Origin: Macrostomum lignano
Lineage: Eukaryota
Length of the DNA stretch: 64,000 nucleotides
Assembly: GCA_002269645.1 (NCBI GenBank)
Contig: NIVC01000112.1
Location: 1 to 64,000 of the forward strand
Direction: 5' to 3'
Below, piece by piece: positions 11,101 to 31,656 of this stretch. Positions within the stretch are counted from its first letter, which is position 1. Every line of letters starts with the position of its first letter. The position numbers were made by a program, and so were the translations under genes. The notes beneath the pieces were generated by a model. The model was not told the DNA's origin. It saw only the letters and a list, made by a program, of their open reading frames with translations, and ran no database searches.

Positions 11101-13810
11101 CAAATCCTCAGCATCATCTGCTCTATCCGCAGATCCCCAGCATCACCTGCTCTATCCACAGATCCCCAGCATCACCTGCTCTATCCGCAGATCCCCAGCA
11201 TCACCTGCTCTATCCGCAGATCCCCAGCATCACATCCTCCATCCGCAGATCCCCAAAATCACCTGCTCCACCCGCAGATCCCCAGCATCACCTGCTCCAC
11301 CCGCAGATCCCCAGCATCACATCCTCCATCCACAGATCCCCAGAGTCACCACCCGCAGATCTCCAGCATCACATCCTCCATCCACAGATCCCCAGAATCA
11401 CCACCCGCAGATCCCCAGAATCACCACCCGCAGATCCCCAGAATCACCACCCGCAGATCCCCAGAATCACCACCCGCAGATCCCCAGCATCACCTGCTCT
11501 ATCCGCAGATCCCCAGCATCATAGGAGATAGGAGTGCTAATAGGAGATCTGTTGTTGTTAAACGGGTGTGGGAAGCCGGGGGCTACCCGCGGATCAGCTC
11601 TGGGAGGGGCTCTGCCGCTGAGGGGCACTTCCAGGGGCCTTAGCCCGAGATACCCCGAGGTTGGACCCTGACGTCTGGGCCAGGGGAGCTACTAACCCAA
11701 GCCTTATGGACTAAGACACCGCCAACCCAATATTAGTGGAATCAGGGACGGTGCAAGGAAATTCCACCCAGGCCACCACCCAGCAGACAGATCTCGGGAG
11801 TGCGCGAAAAAATAATTGGAATAAAAAATGTTTGGGTTACTACTGAAAGCGGTCCGAGAGCAGGGAATATCCTGAAGTCTTAAATGGCTTAATATTGGAG
11901 TGAGTCTGGAAGGCTTGTTTCCGAGAGCGAGTCTCCTGTCAAGGGGTAAAAGCTCCTAAAATCCTCTTATAGGGCTGCAAGCCTCAAGGGTATCACTTAT
12001 CCAGCTCTATATTGGAGGCCAGGCCAAGGGGGCGGCGGAGAGGGGCACAAGGGGCAAGAGGAAACCGGACTCAGCCGGTTTTCCCCGATTCGGGACGAAC
12101 ATCCAGCCCAGCTAGGACTCCAATCCACTGTCAGAGATGAGAGCCAAGACACAATAGGCAGGGAGACAACCAGAGGAGACAACAGATGGACCGGGCAGGT
12201 AGGGCAGAGCTCATAACTCCAAGATTTGGAATGGCAATCTAATGGTCGGGTAAAATACAAAGGGATAAAAACACGGGGATGCCAGCCCAGATAAAAACAC
12301 AAAGAATGGCAGAATGGGAGGAGCACCTGAACCCTAACCCGGGGCCAGCCTCAGGGGGGGGGGCTCAAGTCCCGTTCTAGCCACACTGCAGTCCAGATCT
12401 CCAACTCACTCCAGGTACACCCCCCCCCCTAACCCAAGGCCGAGGGCCAAATTGATTGGATAGCAATAAAAAGGGTTATTTTTAGATCAGGCACAGCCCC
12501 TCCAGGGCGGACCCTAAGAACATTGGGCTAGCGAGAGCTAGGCCAATTGAATTGCGCACAACCCGAGAAATGCCATCTTTCGTCTCACTCTTTCTAGCAT
12601 TGAACTGAAGCCTTCCATTATGTAATATTTTGCTTAGTGTAGCCTACTTATAGTAGCATCTCATAAATGTATCCCAGTTATAAATTTTCTCTACAAGATC
12701 GAGAAATCCGCTGAAATCATAACAGTTTAAACAAATTGGAAGCTTACTAGTATTGGCACAGCAGGTGGTACTTTTGACAAATTGCAGACTTCTCGGCGTT
12801 GCGGAATAAAAACAAATGACCGGCACGGATCACCGCCCAGTAGTGGCACCCTGGGGTGTGGAAATTGAAGATTGTTACAGTGCTTACAGACCCCTAATCT
12901 GGTACAGTGCTTACAGACCCCTAATCTGGTACAGTGCTTACAGACCCCTAATCTGATACAGTGCTTACAGACTCCTAATCTGGTACAGTGCTTACAGACC
13001 CCTAATTTAGGTACAGTACAGGTAACAATCTGGTACGGTACAACTAGACTCCAATCTGATACAGTACAGCTAGACTCAAATCTGGGTACATTACAGATAG
13101 ACTCCAATCTGGTACAGTACAGGTCACAATCTTGTACAGTATAACTAGACTCTAATCTGGTACAGTACAGCTAAACTCCAATGTGATACAGTACAGGTCA
13201 CAATCTGGTACAGTACAGCTAGACTCCAATCTGGTACAGTACAGGTCACAATCTGGTACAGTACAGCTAAACTCCAATGTGGTACAGTACAGCTACATGT
13301 AGACTTTAATCTGGTACAGTACAGGTCACAATCTGGTACAGTACAGGTCACAATCTGGTACAGTACAGGTCACAATCTGGTACAGTACAGGTCACAATCT
13401 GGTACAGTACAGGTCACAATCTGGTACAGTACAGGTCACAATCTGGTACAGTACAGGTCACAATCTGGTACAGTACAGGTCACAATCTGGTACAGTACAG
13501 GTCACAATCTGGTACAGTACAGGTCACAATCTGGTACAGTACAGGTCACAATCTGGTACAGTACAGGTCACAATCTGGTACAGTACAGGTCACAATCTGG
13601 TACAGTACAGGTCACAATCTGGTACAGTACAGGTCACAATCTGGTACAGTACAGGTCACAATCTGGTACAGTACAGGTCACAATCTGGTACAGTACACAA
13701 GCTCTTACATTGATCCTCTTTGTCGTCATCAAACCAGTCTCTCAAACAGATGAAGCCTTTGTACAGCACTTTGCTGTTGTCATTGGGCAGAATTTTGTCA
13801 ATGAGGCCAG
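4941..13810 (-). CDS. PH-like domain + Tyr/Pro-rich linker + three tandem degenerate SH2 domains (SH3BP2-like architecture); 5' end not found
   Basis: Exons in transcript order: 13810-13709, 12850-12748, 10718-10304, 9532-8991(or 8993), 8467-8196, 7108-7049, 6961-6841, 6529-6384, 5689-5437, 5036-4941 (TAA). All junctions are AG/GT and phase-compatible except 8991/8467. PH-like: VLYKGFICLR..WCHYWAVIRAGHLFLF..ELELGWTDA. SH2-like: PRGTFCVV..HSMSQLLYHH; PSGTFAAV..KFSSLEELLVHY; RGGSVLI..TFDSLEKLMLY. Confidence 0.75.
5140..5400 (+). mobile_element. tRNA-derived SINE-like element
   Basis: A-box-like TGGTCAAGCGCGG and B-box-like GTCTCGATTCC, followed by the body shared with 3866-4110. Confidence 0.45.
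5791..6073. mobile_element. Small intronic foldback/MITE-like element with ~35-bp imperfect inverted repeats
   Basis: CCAATCAGCGATGGGGAGGCCCTGGAGGCGGGGTG (5791-5825) is nearly the reverse complement of 6039-6073. Confidence 0.55.
6098..6275. repeat. (TCTG)n microsatellite, intronic
   Basis: Directly visible. Confidence 0.93.
6615..6840. repeat. Intronic minisatellite of TGTCACTCTC(TT/ACTATCATTC) units abutting a splice donor
   Basis: Directly visible; ends at the donor ACTCAC (6835-6840). Confidence 0.85.
7136..8170. repeat. ~1 kb (CTGT/CTGC)n microsatellite, intronic
   Basis: Directly visible; explains five long spurious ORFs at 6921-8461. Confidence 0.97.
8590..8985. repeat. Intronic minisatellite, 14 bp unit AGACACAGCCAATC
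   Basis: Directly visible; abuts the donor at 8985-8990. Confidence 0.92.
9655..10230 (+). repeat. 29 bp minisatellite GCAGGTGATGCTG(A/G)GGATCTGTGGATG(C/G)A, left arm of an inverted pair
   Basis: Tandem units visible; reverse complement of the array at 10768-11522. Confidence 0.92.
10768..11522 (-). repeat. Same 29 bp minisatellite in opposite orientation (CAGCATCACCTGCTCTATCCGCAGATCCC), right arm
   Basis: Tandem units visible; degenerates to shorter CAGAATCACCACCCGCAGATCCC units near 11340-11490. Confidence 0.92.
12875..13697. repeat. Compound intronic minisatellite: 27 bp unit (TACAGTGCTTACAGACCCCTAATCTGG) grading into a 22 bp unit (TACAGTACAGGTCACAATCTGG)
   Basis: Both units visible; they share AATCTGGTACAGT. 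Confidence 0.92.
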
Positions 13811-15602
13811 CTGGAAAAGCATTAATTAAGTTGATGATGCATTTATGTATGAACAGCTCCTCACACACAAAGATGGGTCTAAATTAAGTTACATGAGCAA
13901 ATGATGTAAACTAAATACCTGTTAACTTCTCCCAACTAAGGGGCTGATTAACAGAACTGTTATTTGTTGGCTCGAGTTCCATTCGCAATGTTCCAGTTCG
14001 GCAGCTCGAAATGAATGATAGTATATTGTGGAACTAATTCTCTTTGAGCTTAAGTGAGCTGAGGCGAAATCCTTGACAGTTTAAAAACGGAGAGATTTTT
14101 TTTGCTTTTTAGCTTCTACAGAAGAAGACTGAGCTATAGGACCCGCTGCTCACTGCATGCATGGCCAAGGCAGCCAAGCCTTAGTTGGAGAGATAGTTAT
14201 CTTTTAAAGTTTCTCTGCCAGTTAGATAAGAATGCGTGCGCTCGCGGGGCTCGACTCAACAACTGTTTGAGTTGCATGTGGCAGCTGCTGCGGTGTGTCC
14301 GCAGTGTGCAAGCATGCAAAGTTTAACTAACAGACATCATTTTACTGCAGATTTTTTATCTACTTTGAAGTAATTTCTATTTTATGCACATAATTAATAG
14401 GCACTAATTACAGACATGCGCTATATGAGAGCCAGCTAGATCATATTCCCGGGGCATTACGTAACGGTTACTAAAAATTCTGCTTGCTTCTTAATATATA
14501 ATAGTGCAGCTTCGGTGCAGCAAGTCGGACACATGTTGGCCAAAATATTTTTTATCATTTACTGGCAATAGAAATCAGTATAGATAAGCCTGCGGGGGCT
14601 CTGGAAACTTGCCTAAGTCGGTTTAATTGCAACCATATTTGTTTTCGTTTCGGTTATTTTAGCTCGCTAGAGATAGAGCTGTAGATAAAGTTATTAGACT
14701 TTTACAGACCGCAGCACGGTGGCATCCGCAATTGGCATCTCAGCTTTGCACAGCTAATATGCACATGCATTGCACATGTACTTGACACTTACTTTGACTT
14801 AGCTGCAAGGGGCGTCCGGCGGATGCAGCGAGGAGGCGGAGGAGACCGCGCCAATTTCGCTAGCCCCTGGCGACCAATGACTTCCATTGAAGCGATGTCG
14901 CTCAGGGGGGCCCGTCAGTCTCGCCTGCAGCGCGGTCCTCCTCACCGGCGGTGGGGGAGAACTCAGTTTGTCCCGTGTCCCTGAGGTACCAAGCGAGCAG
15001 CGGGATTCTCTCGCGGGCCTGCAAACGTCGGAGAGAACCGGGTTTGGCCAGGTGGGGGTGAGTTGTGCACTTGCTACAGACGCAATTACGTACAATTGCA
15101 TGTCCTGTGTCTAAAAACCATTAAATTGGCGCGGCTCAGCTCTACTGTGACATGCATTTTTATGGTTTTTAAGGTACAAGAAAATGTACGTAGAATAAAA
15201 AATTAACAAGAGTCCTAATTTTCTGAACAAAAAGCTTTATGAATATCGATCAATAGAGCTATCAAGAAAGGCACAATTTCTATAGCAAAAGATGAACATT
15301 GGATCTGCTTCCTATCGAAAACAATAACAATTTTTATGCTGAAAAATGAAAACTTCTATCCCCGTAGTGTCTTTTTCGGCGAAAAGTGGCCTTCAAGGCA
15401 TTTTCCATAGAGTTCGAGCTTGTTGAGTCCTACTTTAGCAGTCCTTGACATGTACTCGTACTTTTTGTATAATTTTCGTAAAACATCCAAAGTTAAATAG
15501 AAAGAATTGCTTGATGGACAGATAGGATAGAAAACAAGGGGGAGAAATAAGAACAAAAAACTGTATGAATTAACTCTGGTCATAGACAATTTGTCTTGAC
15601 AT

Positions 15603-17506
15603 GTTCATGACAGCACTGACATCCGAGGTCCCATCATCAGGCAGACGCGGCTCAACATCGAGCGACTCAGCAGAAACCGGAGGCCCACAGGCGACGCTGA
15701 AGATGCATTTGAGCGCCTTCTAGACGAGCGGCAGCAGGCCGCTGTCGACGACGCCATTAGGTCCATCACTGCAGCCGGCCCCGACGTGAAGAGCCGCGCA
15801 GTGTGGACGGCCGTCCGGACTCTGACGGGGCGCAAAAAGCGCGTGGCGCTGAACCTGGCCGGCGACACCCCGGAGGAGCGCAGGAATGAATTGCGCGACT
15901 TCTTCGCCGGCATCGTGAACGCGCCCGCGTCGCCGCTGCCCGCCAGCTTTGCGCTCCCACTGGACACGCCGCTCCCAGCTGAGGAGGACTTCTGCACCAG
16001 GCCAGTCACCACGGAGGATGTTGTGCTGTACGCTCGGAAAACATCAGGCGGCAAGGCGCTCGGCCCCGATGAAGTCCCGGTCGAAGCGCTGCGGCTCCGC
16101 TGTGTGGCCTCCCAGGTCACAGGCGTCATGAACCGCGTGCTCGCCGGCGCTCTTGCGCTTACCGAGTTGACAGTCGCGCACATCGTGCCGATCCCAAAGA
16201 AGGCAGGGACAATGCGGAAGGAAGACCACCGCGGGATCTCGCTGATGTCCTGCACCGCGAAGCTCTTCAACCGGCTGCTGCTCGATCGTCTGCAGTCGGT
16301 GCTGGACCCGTACCTGCGGTACGAGCAGAACGGATTCCGGCCGCAACGCGGTACAGTGACACAGATCCTCGCACTCCGCCGTGTCATCGAGGAGGCGCGC
16401 ATCCGCCAGTCTACGCTGATCATTGTCTTCGTTGACTTTCGAAAGGCGTTTGACTCGGTGTTGAGAGCCGCGCTTCCCTTCGTCCTTCGAGCCTACCGGG
16501 TACCCCAGCAGCTAATCGACGCTGTCATGGCGCTGTATTGCGATACTCGAGCTGCTGTGGTGACGGCGGACGGCCTGTCTGACCTGTTCGATACCTCATC
16601 AGGAGTTCTGCAGGGCGACACGCTAGCGCCGTTCCTCTTCGTTCTGCTGCTGGACTGGGTGCTTCGGACCGCACTCCCCTCGGCTAATGACGGCTTCCTG
16701 CTGCGCAGACGCATCGGTCACCGCCACGGCGAAAAACGCCTAAGCGTGCTTGGCTACGCTGACGACCTCGCCCTCCTGTCCTCGTCCGTTGAAGGCGCCC
16801 AGCGCCAGATTGACAGGCTGGTCGAGGTGGCATCGAGCGTTGGTCTGATCGTCAACACGCTGAAGACCGAGGTGCTGACTGTGCCGGCCGACATCCCAGC
16901 GGACCTGACATGTCGCTTCGCAGACGGGCAGACGACCAGGCTCGCACGCTGCCAGCGCGCGGTTCACCTACCTCGGCGGTCTGGTGCCCCACGTGGAAGG
17001 ACCTCCGGCGGCGCAGAGGACTTGCCTGGGCGGCCTTTTGTTCGATCCGGGCCGTCCTCCAGTCCGAAGCGCTGCCCGACCGCCAGAGGGCTCGGCTGTG
17101 GCAGGCGGTGGTCGAAACCGTCCTGCTATACAACGCCGAGACGTGGACGCTGAGGGCTACGCTAGAGCGGCAGCTGGACTCGGCGCACTCAGGGCTGCTC
17201 CGTGCGGCCTTTCGAGCTGACGAGAGCGTCGGGACCGAGGCCCTGTACGATTGGGCCAAGCTGCAGCGCCCGTCCATCATTCTGCGCCGGCGGCGACCTC
17301 AACTGGCGGGTCACGTGATCCGGGCTGAGGGCTACTGCCCCCAACCTGTTCAGGACTTTCTGCTGCTCACCTTGCAGGGTCCGTTCAGGCGGGGTCAGGC
17401 CCGAACCCGTCGATACGTGGACTGCCTGCTGTGCGACGCTGGGGCGCCCGACACTGCCAACGGAGCGGACTTTGTTCGCTCCCAGGCTCTGCGGCGCGCC
17501 ATCTGA
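15603..17506 (+). mobile_element. 5'-truncated non-LTR retrotransposon (RTE-like) reverse transcriptase, frameshifted
   Basis: RT motifs in ORF 15786-17153: GKALGPDEV, PIPKK, RGISLMS, EQNGFRPQRGT, FVDFRKAFDSV, GVLQGDTLAPFLF, LGYADDL (YADD 16755-16766). FTYLG and DLRRRRGLAWAAF continue in other frames after shifts at ~16955-17000; stop at 17506. No endonuclease domain present. GC-rich relative to flanks. Clade assignment is tentative. Confidence 0.88.
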
Positions 17507-17619
17507 CGCGCCCTGCTCTAAGTTGAGTCTCCTCTGTAGTAGACTCACTGGTTGAGCAGCATTTAGCCACTGCTTTGAAAGGGAATCTCCCAGCCACGGC
17601 CTGCCACTGGCTACTTGTG

Positions 17620-17760
17620 TTATTCCAGATGGCCGAATTCATTCCAGACAGAGTGCCTGCGGAGCGAGAACTATATATGGAGCGACACAGTATGGACGTG
17701 TATCGCGAGTATGAGTATAAGCGGCTCTTTCGCTTCTCTCGTGAAAGCGTTGGGTTTCTG
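17620..17760 (+). pseudogene. Possible N-terminal fragment of a PIF/Harbinger (HARBI1-like) transposase
   Basis: YEYKRLFRFSRESVGFL resembles the HARBI1-type N-terminal motif from memory; no DDE core found. Confidence 0.3.
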
Positions 17761-19324
17761 GGACCTCTTCGTAGTCAGTTTCTACAGGGCCCATCTCTGT
17801 TGAATTCCTGTTGAAATCAAACTGACGCAAAGCTAAGCTAATTGTTTACTTCTACTTCGAGACAGACGCTATAGGACGAAAGATAAGGCGATTTATACGA
17901 CACACGAGAGATGCCGGAGACCGCTTTCTCTTCGTCTATGGCCAAGAGGTGCCAAGGAGTTACTCAGAATGAGGAGCAAATAGCTCCGCATTTATTTGAG
18001 AAATTTCTTTATTCATATGAACATTGAGCAACTAGCTGCCCCAGATCAGAGCAGTTGCTCGAGTTCGAGCTCTTGCTCCATCTCAGAGTTTGTGGTGAAA
18101 CTCGCCAGTTATTGCTCACTTTATTCATATGGCCAGGTAAATGTACATTGATCTTGTATATGTGCATGTCAGTCAAACAAAGACGTGCACGTACTACTAG
18201 TGGTAACTTCTAGTGGTCCTTGCAATCAATTTCGGAATACATGTAATGTACAGAATTTACATGTTACTGTACCAGTGACGATAGTAATTTAGTTCATGCA
18301 ATATCAAAGCTGCTCTTAAAAAGGGAAACGATACAGTATGCATTAACATAGGTATAGATTCATACATGTGATGTAAGCCCTCTCTGCAAGGACCATAATA
18401 ATAACAAGGCGTAAAACTCAAAGATTGTGTAAGTTTTTGGAGGCCAATTTATCCTAACTATACACAGCGAAGAGCGGATCGCGATATACGCTCCAAAGCT
18501 CGTACATATGCATGTGTCAAAGTTCATGTACATGTATAGGGACGGATCGTTTTTTCAATTACAAATCCAGGGACTCACTTAAACTATAGGGACAGAAAAC
18601 TGCATGGCCACATCATGCTGAAAATAGTTTTAAAATGGAGACTGGTTTTTTCCAGCCCCCCCCCCCCCCCCCTAGAATTAATTATTGCAATTGAACTTAG
18701 ATCAAAAGCTGTTTTTTCGCCATTCTGTACAGAATTTATTCCTCTAAAAGATGAACAACTCGACTTTTGTCAATCTTTGTTTTGAGAGGAGTGTAGTGAG
18801 CTTTTTTGTTCAGGACCCACTTTTCACGGTGTTTAATTTATAGACAATGTCGTATAAAAATCTGCACTCGTGTAAAGTACATGTAGTCCCTGTACTTTAC
18901 AAATCCGCGCAATGACTCTTACTTTTTGCGGGGCATCAATGTAGAATTTTGTGAGGGCGCGACTGCATTTGATCTGGGGCAGTGAAAATTAGCATTGCTT
19001 TAATTTATAGAATGGACAACACGTTAGGGCCTCCAAAATTTACGCGATCTTTCATTTTACGGCATTTTGTACCATGGGGTCATCATTTCTAGTACGTTGT
19101 TGATGACGTTGCATTACATGTATAATGTATATACACGCTCTGTATAAAGCTCTGTATAAAATTTATAAGGAGAGAGAGGTTTGTATATAGTCTTGAAAAA
19201 TTACGATGCAGTATTAAAACAAAACTTGAAAAATGTTTAAACTTGATGGCAAGAAGTTAAAACTAGCATTCAAAATTGCTAACTATTTAAAATTTATTTG
19301 CTTATAAACTTTTGAAAATGACAA

Positions 19325-19407
19325 GAATTTTCCTAAAGTAATTATTCTAGAAGAAAATTCTCGAAAAGTCCTTGTGATTAATGCACCGCCGCCGCACGTA
19401 TAATAAT
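19325..19407 (+). promoter_or_regulatory. Heat shock elements plus a TATA-like box upstream of Hsp110
   Basis: GAAttTTC (19325-19332), TTCtaGAA (19345-19352), GAAaaTTCtcGAA (19353-19365), TATAATAAT (19399-19407); the ATG is at 19537. Confidence 0.7.
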
Positions 19408-19527
19408 TTCTGACGCTCAAGTTGTTACATCCTTCAGGTCTTTCAACGATAGCTCCGTATTTCAATTTGTTTCTGCAAATCTTCTCTACATTCTGAAAAT
19501 TTAGCTTCAAAATAAACTTCAGATTAA

Positions 19528-30148
<10,621 letters not shown>

Positions 30149-31656
30149 GCTACCACCAGCCTCGCAGCAACCAAGTACTTTTTGATAGGACTGTGTGTAC
30201 TTTTTCGTGATTCCATGAGTCTACGTCTGTTTTGTGTGTCATTGTAATTTTTGTTTTCAAGTGCGCCACCCAGCAGCAAGCAAGATCCTCGTGCACCTTT
30301 TCCCGCTTGAGCAGCCTGTCGCAGTCGGCTTTTTATTTTCTACAGCAACAAAACTAATTAAGTAGCCTCATCCCAATAATTCAATCAGTTCCCAGTCGTG
30401 AATCTATTAAAACTAATCAATCACAGTCTTGGATTTCTAGCTCGCTTTTTTCGCCATACATATTACTTTTCTCTTTGTAGCAGTAGCAGTAGTAGCATGT
30501 TGCTGTCTATTTTTAGTTATTCCAGATGAAAATATCTGTTTTGTTACGTAGGTACCCAGCAAAGCACTGTTAGCAATAGCAGAAATTGCTTATTAAAAAA
30601 TTCCAAACCCCTATTCACCGATGACTATTATTATGATCATTTAATAAATAAATATTGCAATTCTTCTATTATATTGCCACTGCTATTTAAATATTTATCT
30701 GTCTCTCCCCGAGCCCATTGCGCAGCAGTTCTCTCTAATTGTATTGTTTTTTGCTTTTTCTGCAGTCAGTTTCTTGTGTTCAGTTTTGTATGCTGATCAT
30801 TTATTTACCATATTATTAATATTATTATTGAGCTGCGCGTCCCCTCGGAGCATTTTCACCAAATGCATTGGCAAGCCTGTCGCGAACAGCCTATGATACC
30901 CCCATACTAGTATAATCCCTCCAGCTTATCCCCTACATAGTGCAAATGGATTAACAAATATATTTAATTATCAATTCAAAATCAGAGCCAGCGGCTTGGC
31001 AATAAATTAATTAACATCATCTCTACAGCTCTGTGAAAGTTGATTGACAGTCAAAAGATATCCATCAAATTTCTGCACACGTCTGCTCATGATCTTTTAT
31101 AATCAGCGACTTGAGTCATTTGGGTTTGGAGTTCGAATCCGGAGTGGCAATGAATTGAAAACGATCCGATAGAGAAGAGAAATGAATGAGCTGATAGCTG
31201 TGTATTTCTGAAGTCTCCAGGACCTGCACAGTGCAAAGTTAGTCTCACTTAAAGGTGAATTAAAAAACTAAAAAATGGTGCTAAATGTTAGCACTTGAAT
31301 CTGCGATTGCACTTTGACACAGCCGTGCTGTTTGAGCACTTAGAAATGTTGCCATTAAAATTAATATGCGGAACAGTTAAAAAACCAGGGCATGAAAAAA
31401 TGACCGACAAAAGCAACCTAGTGGAGTAGCATCAAAACTATGCACGCTGGTGCTTAGGGGAGATTGCACATTATTTACTGGGATATATATTATACTAATG
31501 CAAGTAAAAAAGGCTACTGGCCTAAAGAAAAAAAGGCAAATTATTGCAATTCTTGGCAAAGAAAACACAATTTGAGACTCTGACCGGTAGCAATTACGGC
31601 ACAAAAAATTAAAAACTGAAAAAAATCAATAAATCCACAGGTACACAGACGCCAGT

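Noticed and set aside
9373-11643. Long His/Pro/Ser-rich ORFs on both strands
   Set aside because: They derive from the 29-bp arrays; the real coding part is the spliced exon 10718-10304.
14800-15114. First coding exon of the PH-SH2 gene
   Set aside because: It is GC-rich with a GTAAGT donor on the - strand, but its phase (2) does not match exon 13810 (1) and no bridging exon was found.
15605-16423. 272-aa antisense ORF
   Set aside because: It is the shadow of the GC-rich reverse transcriptase frame.
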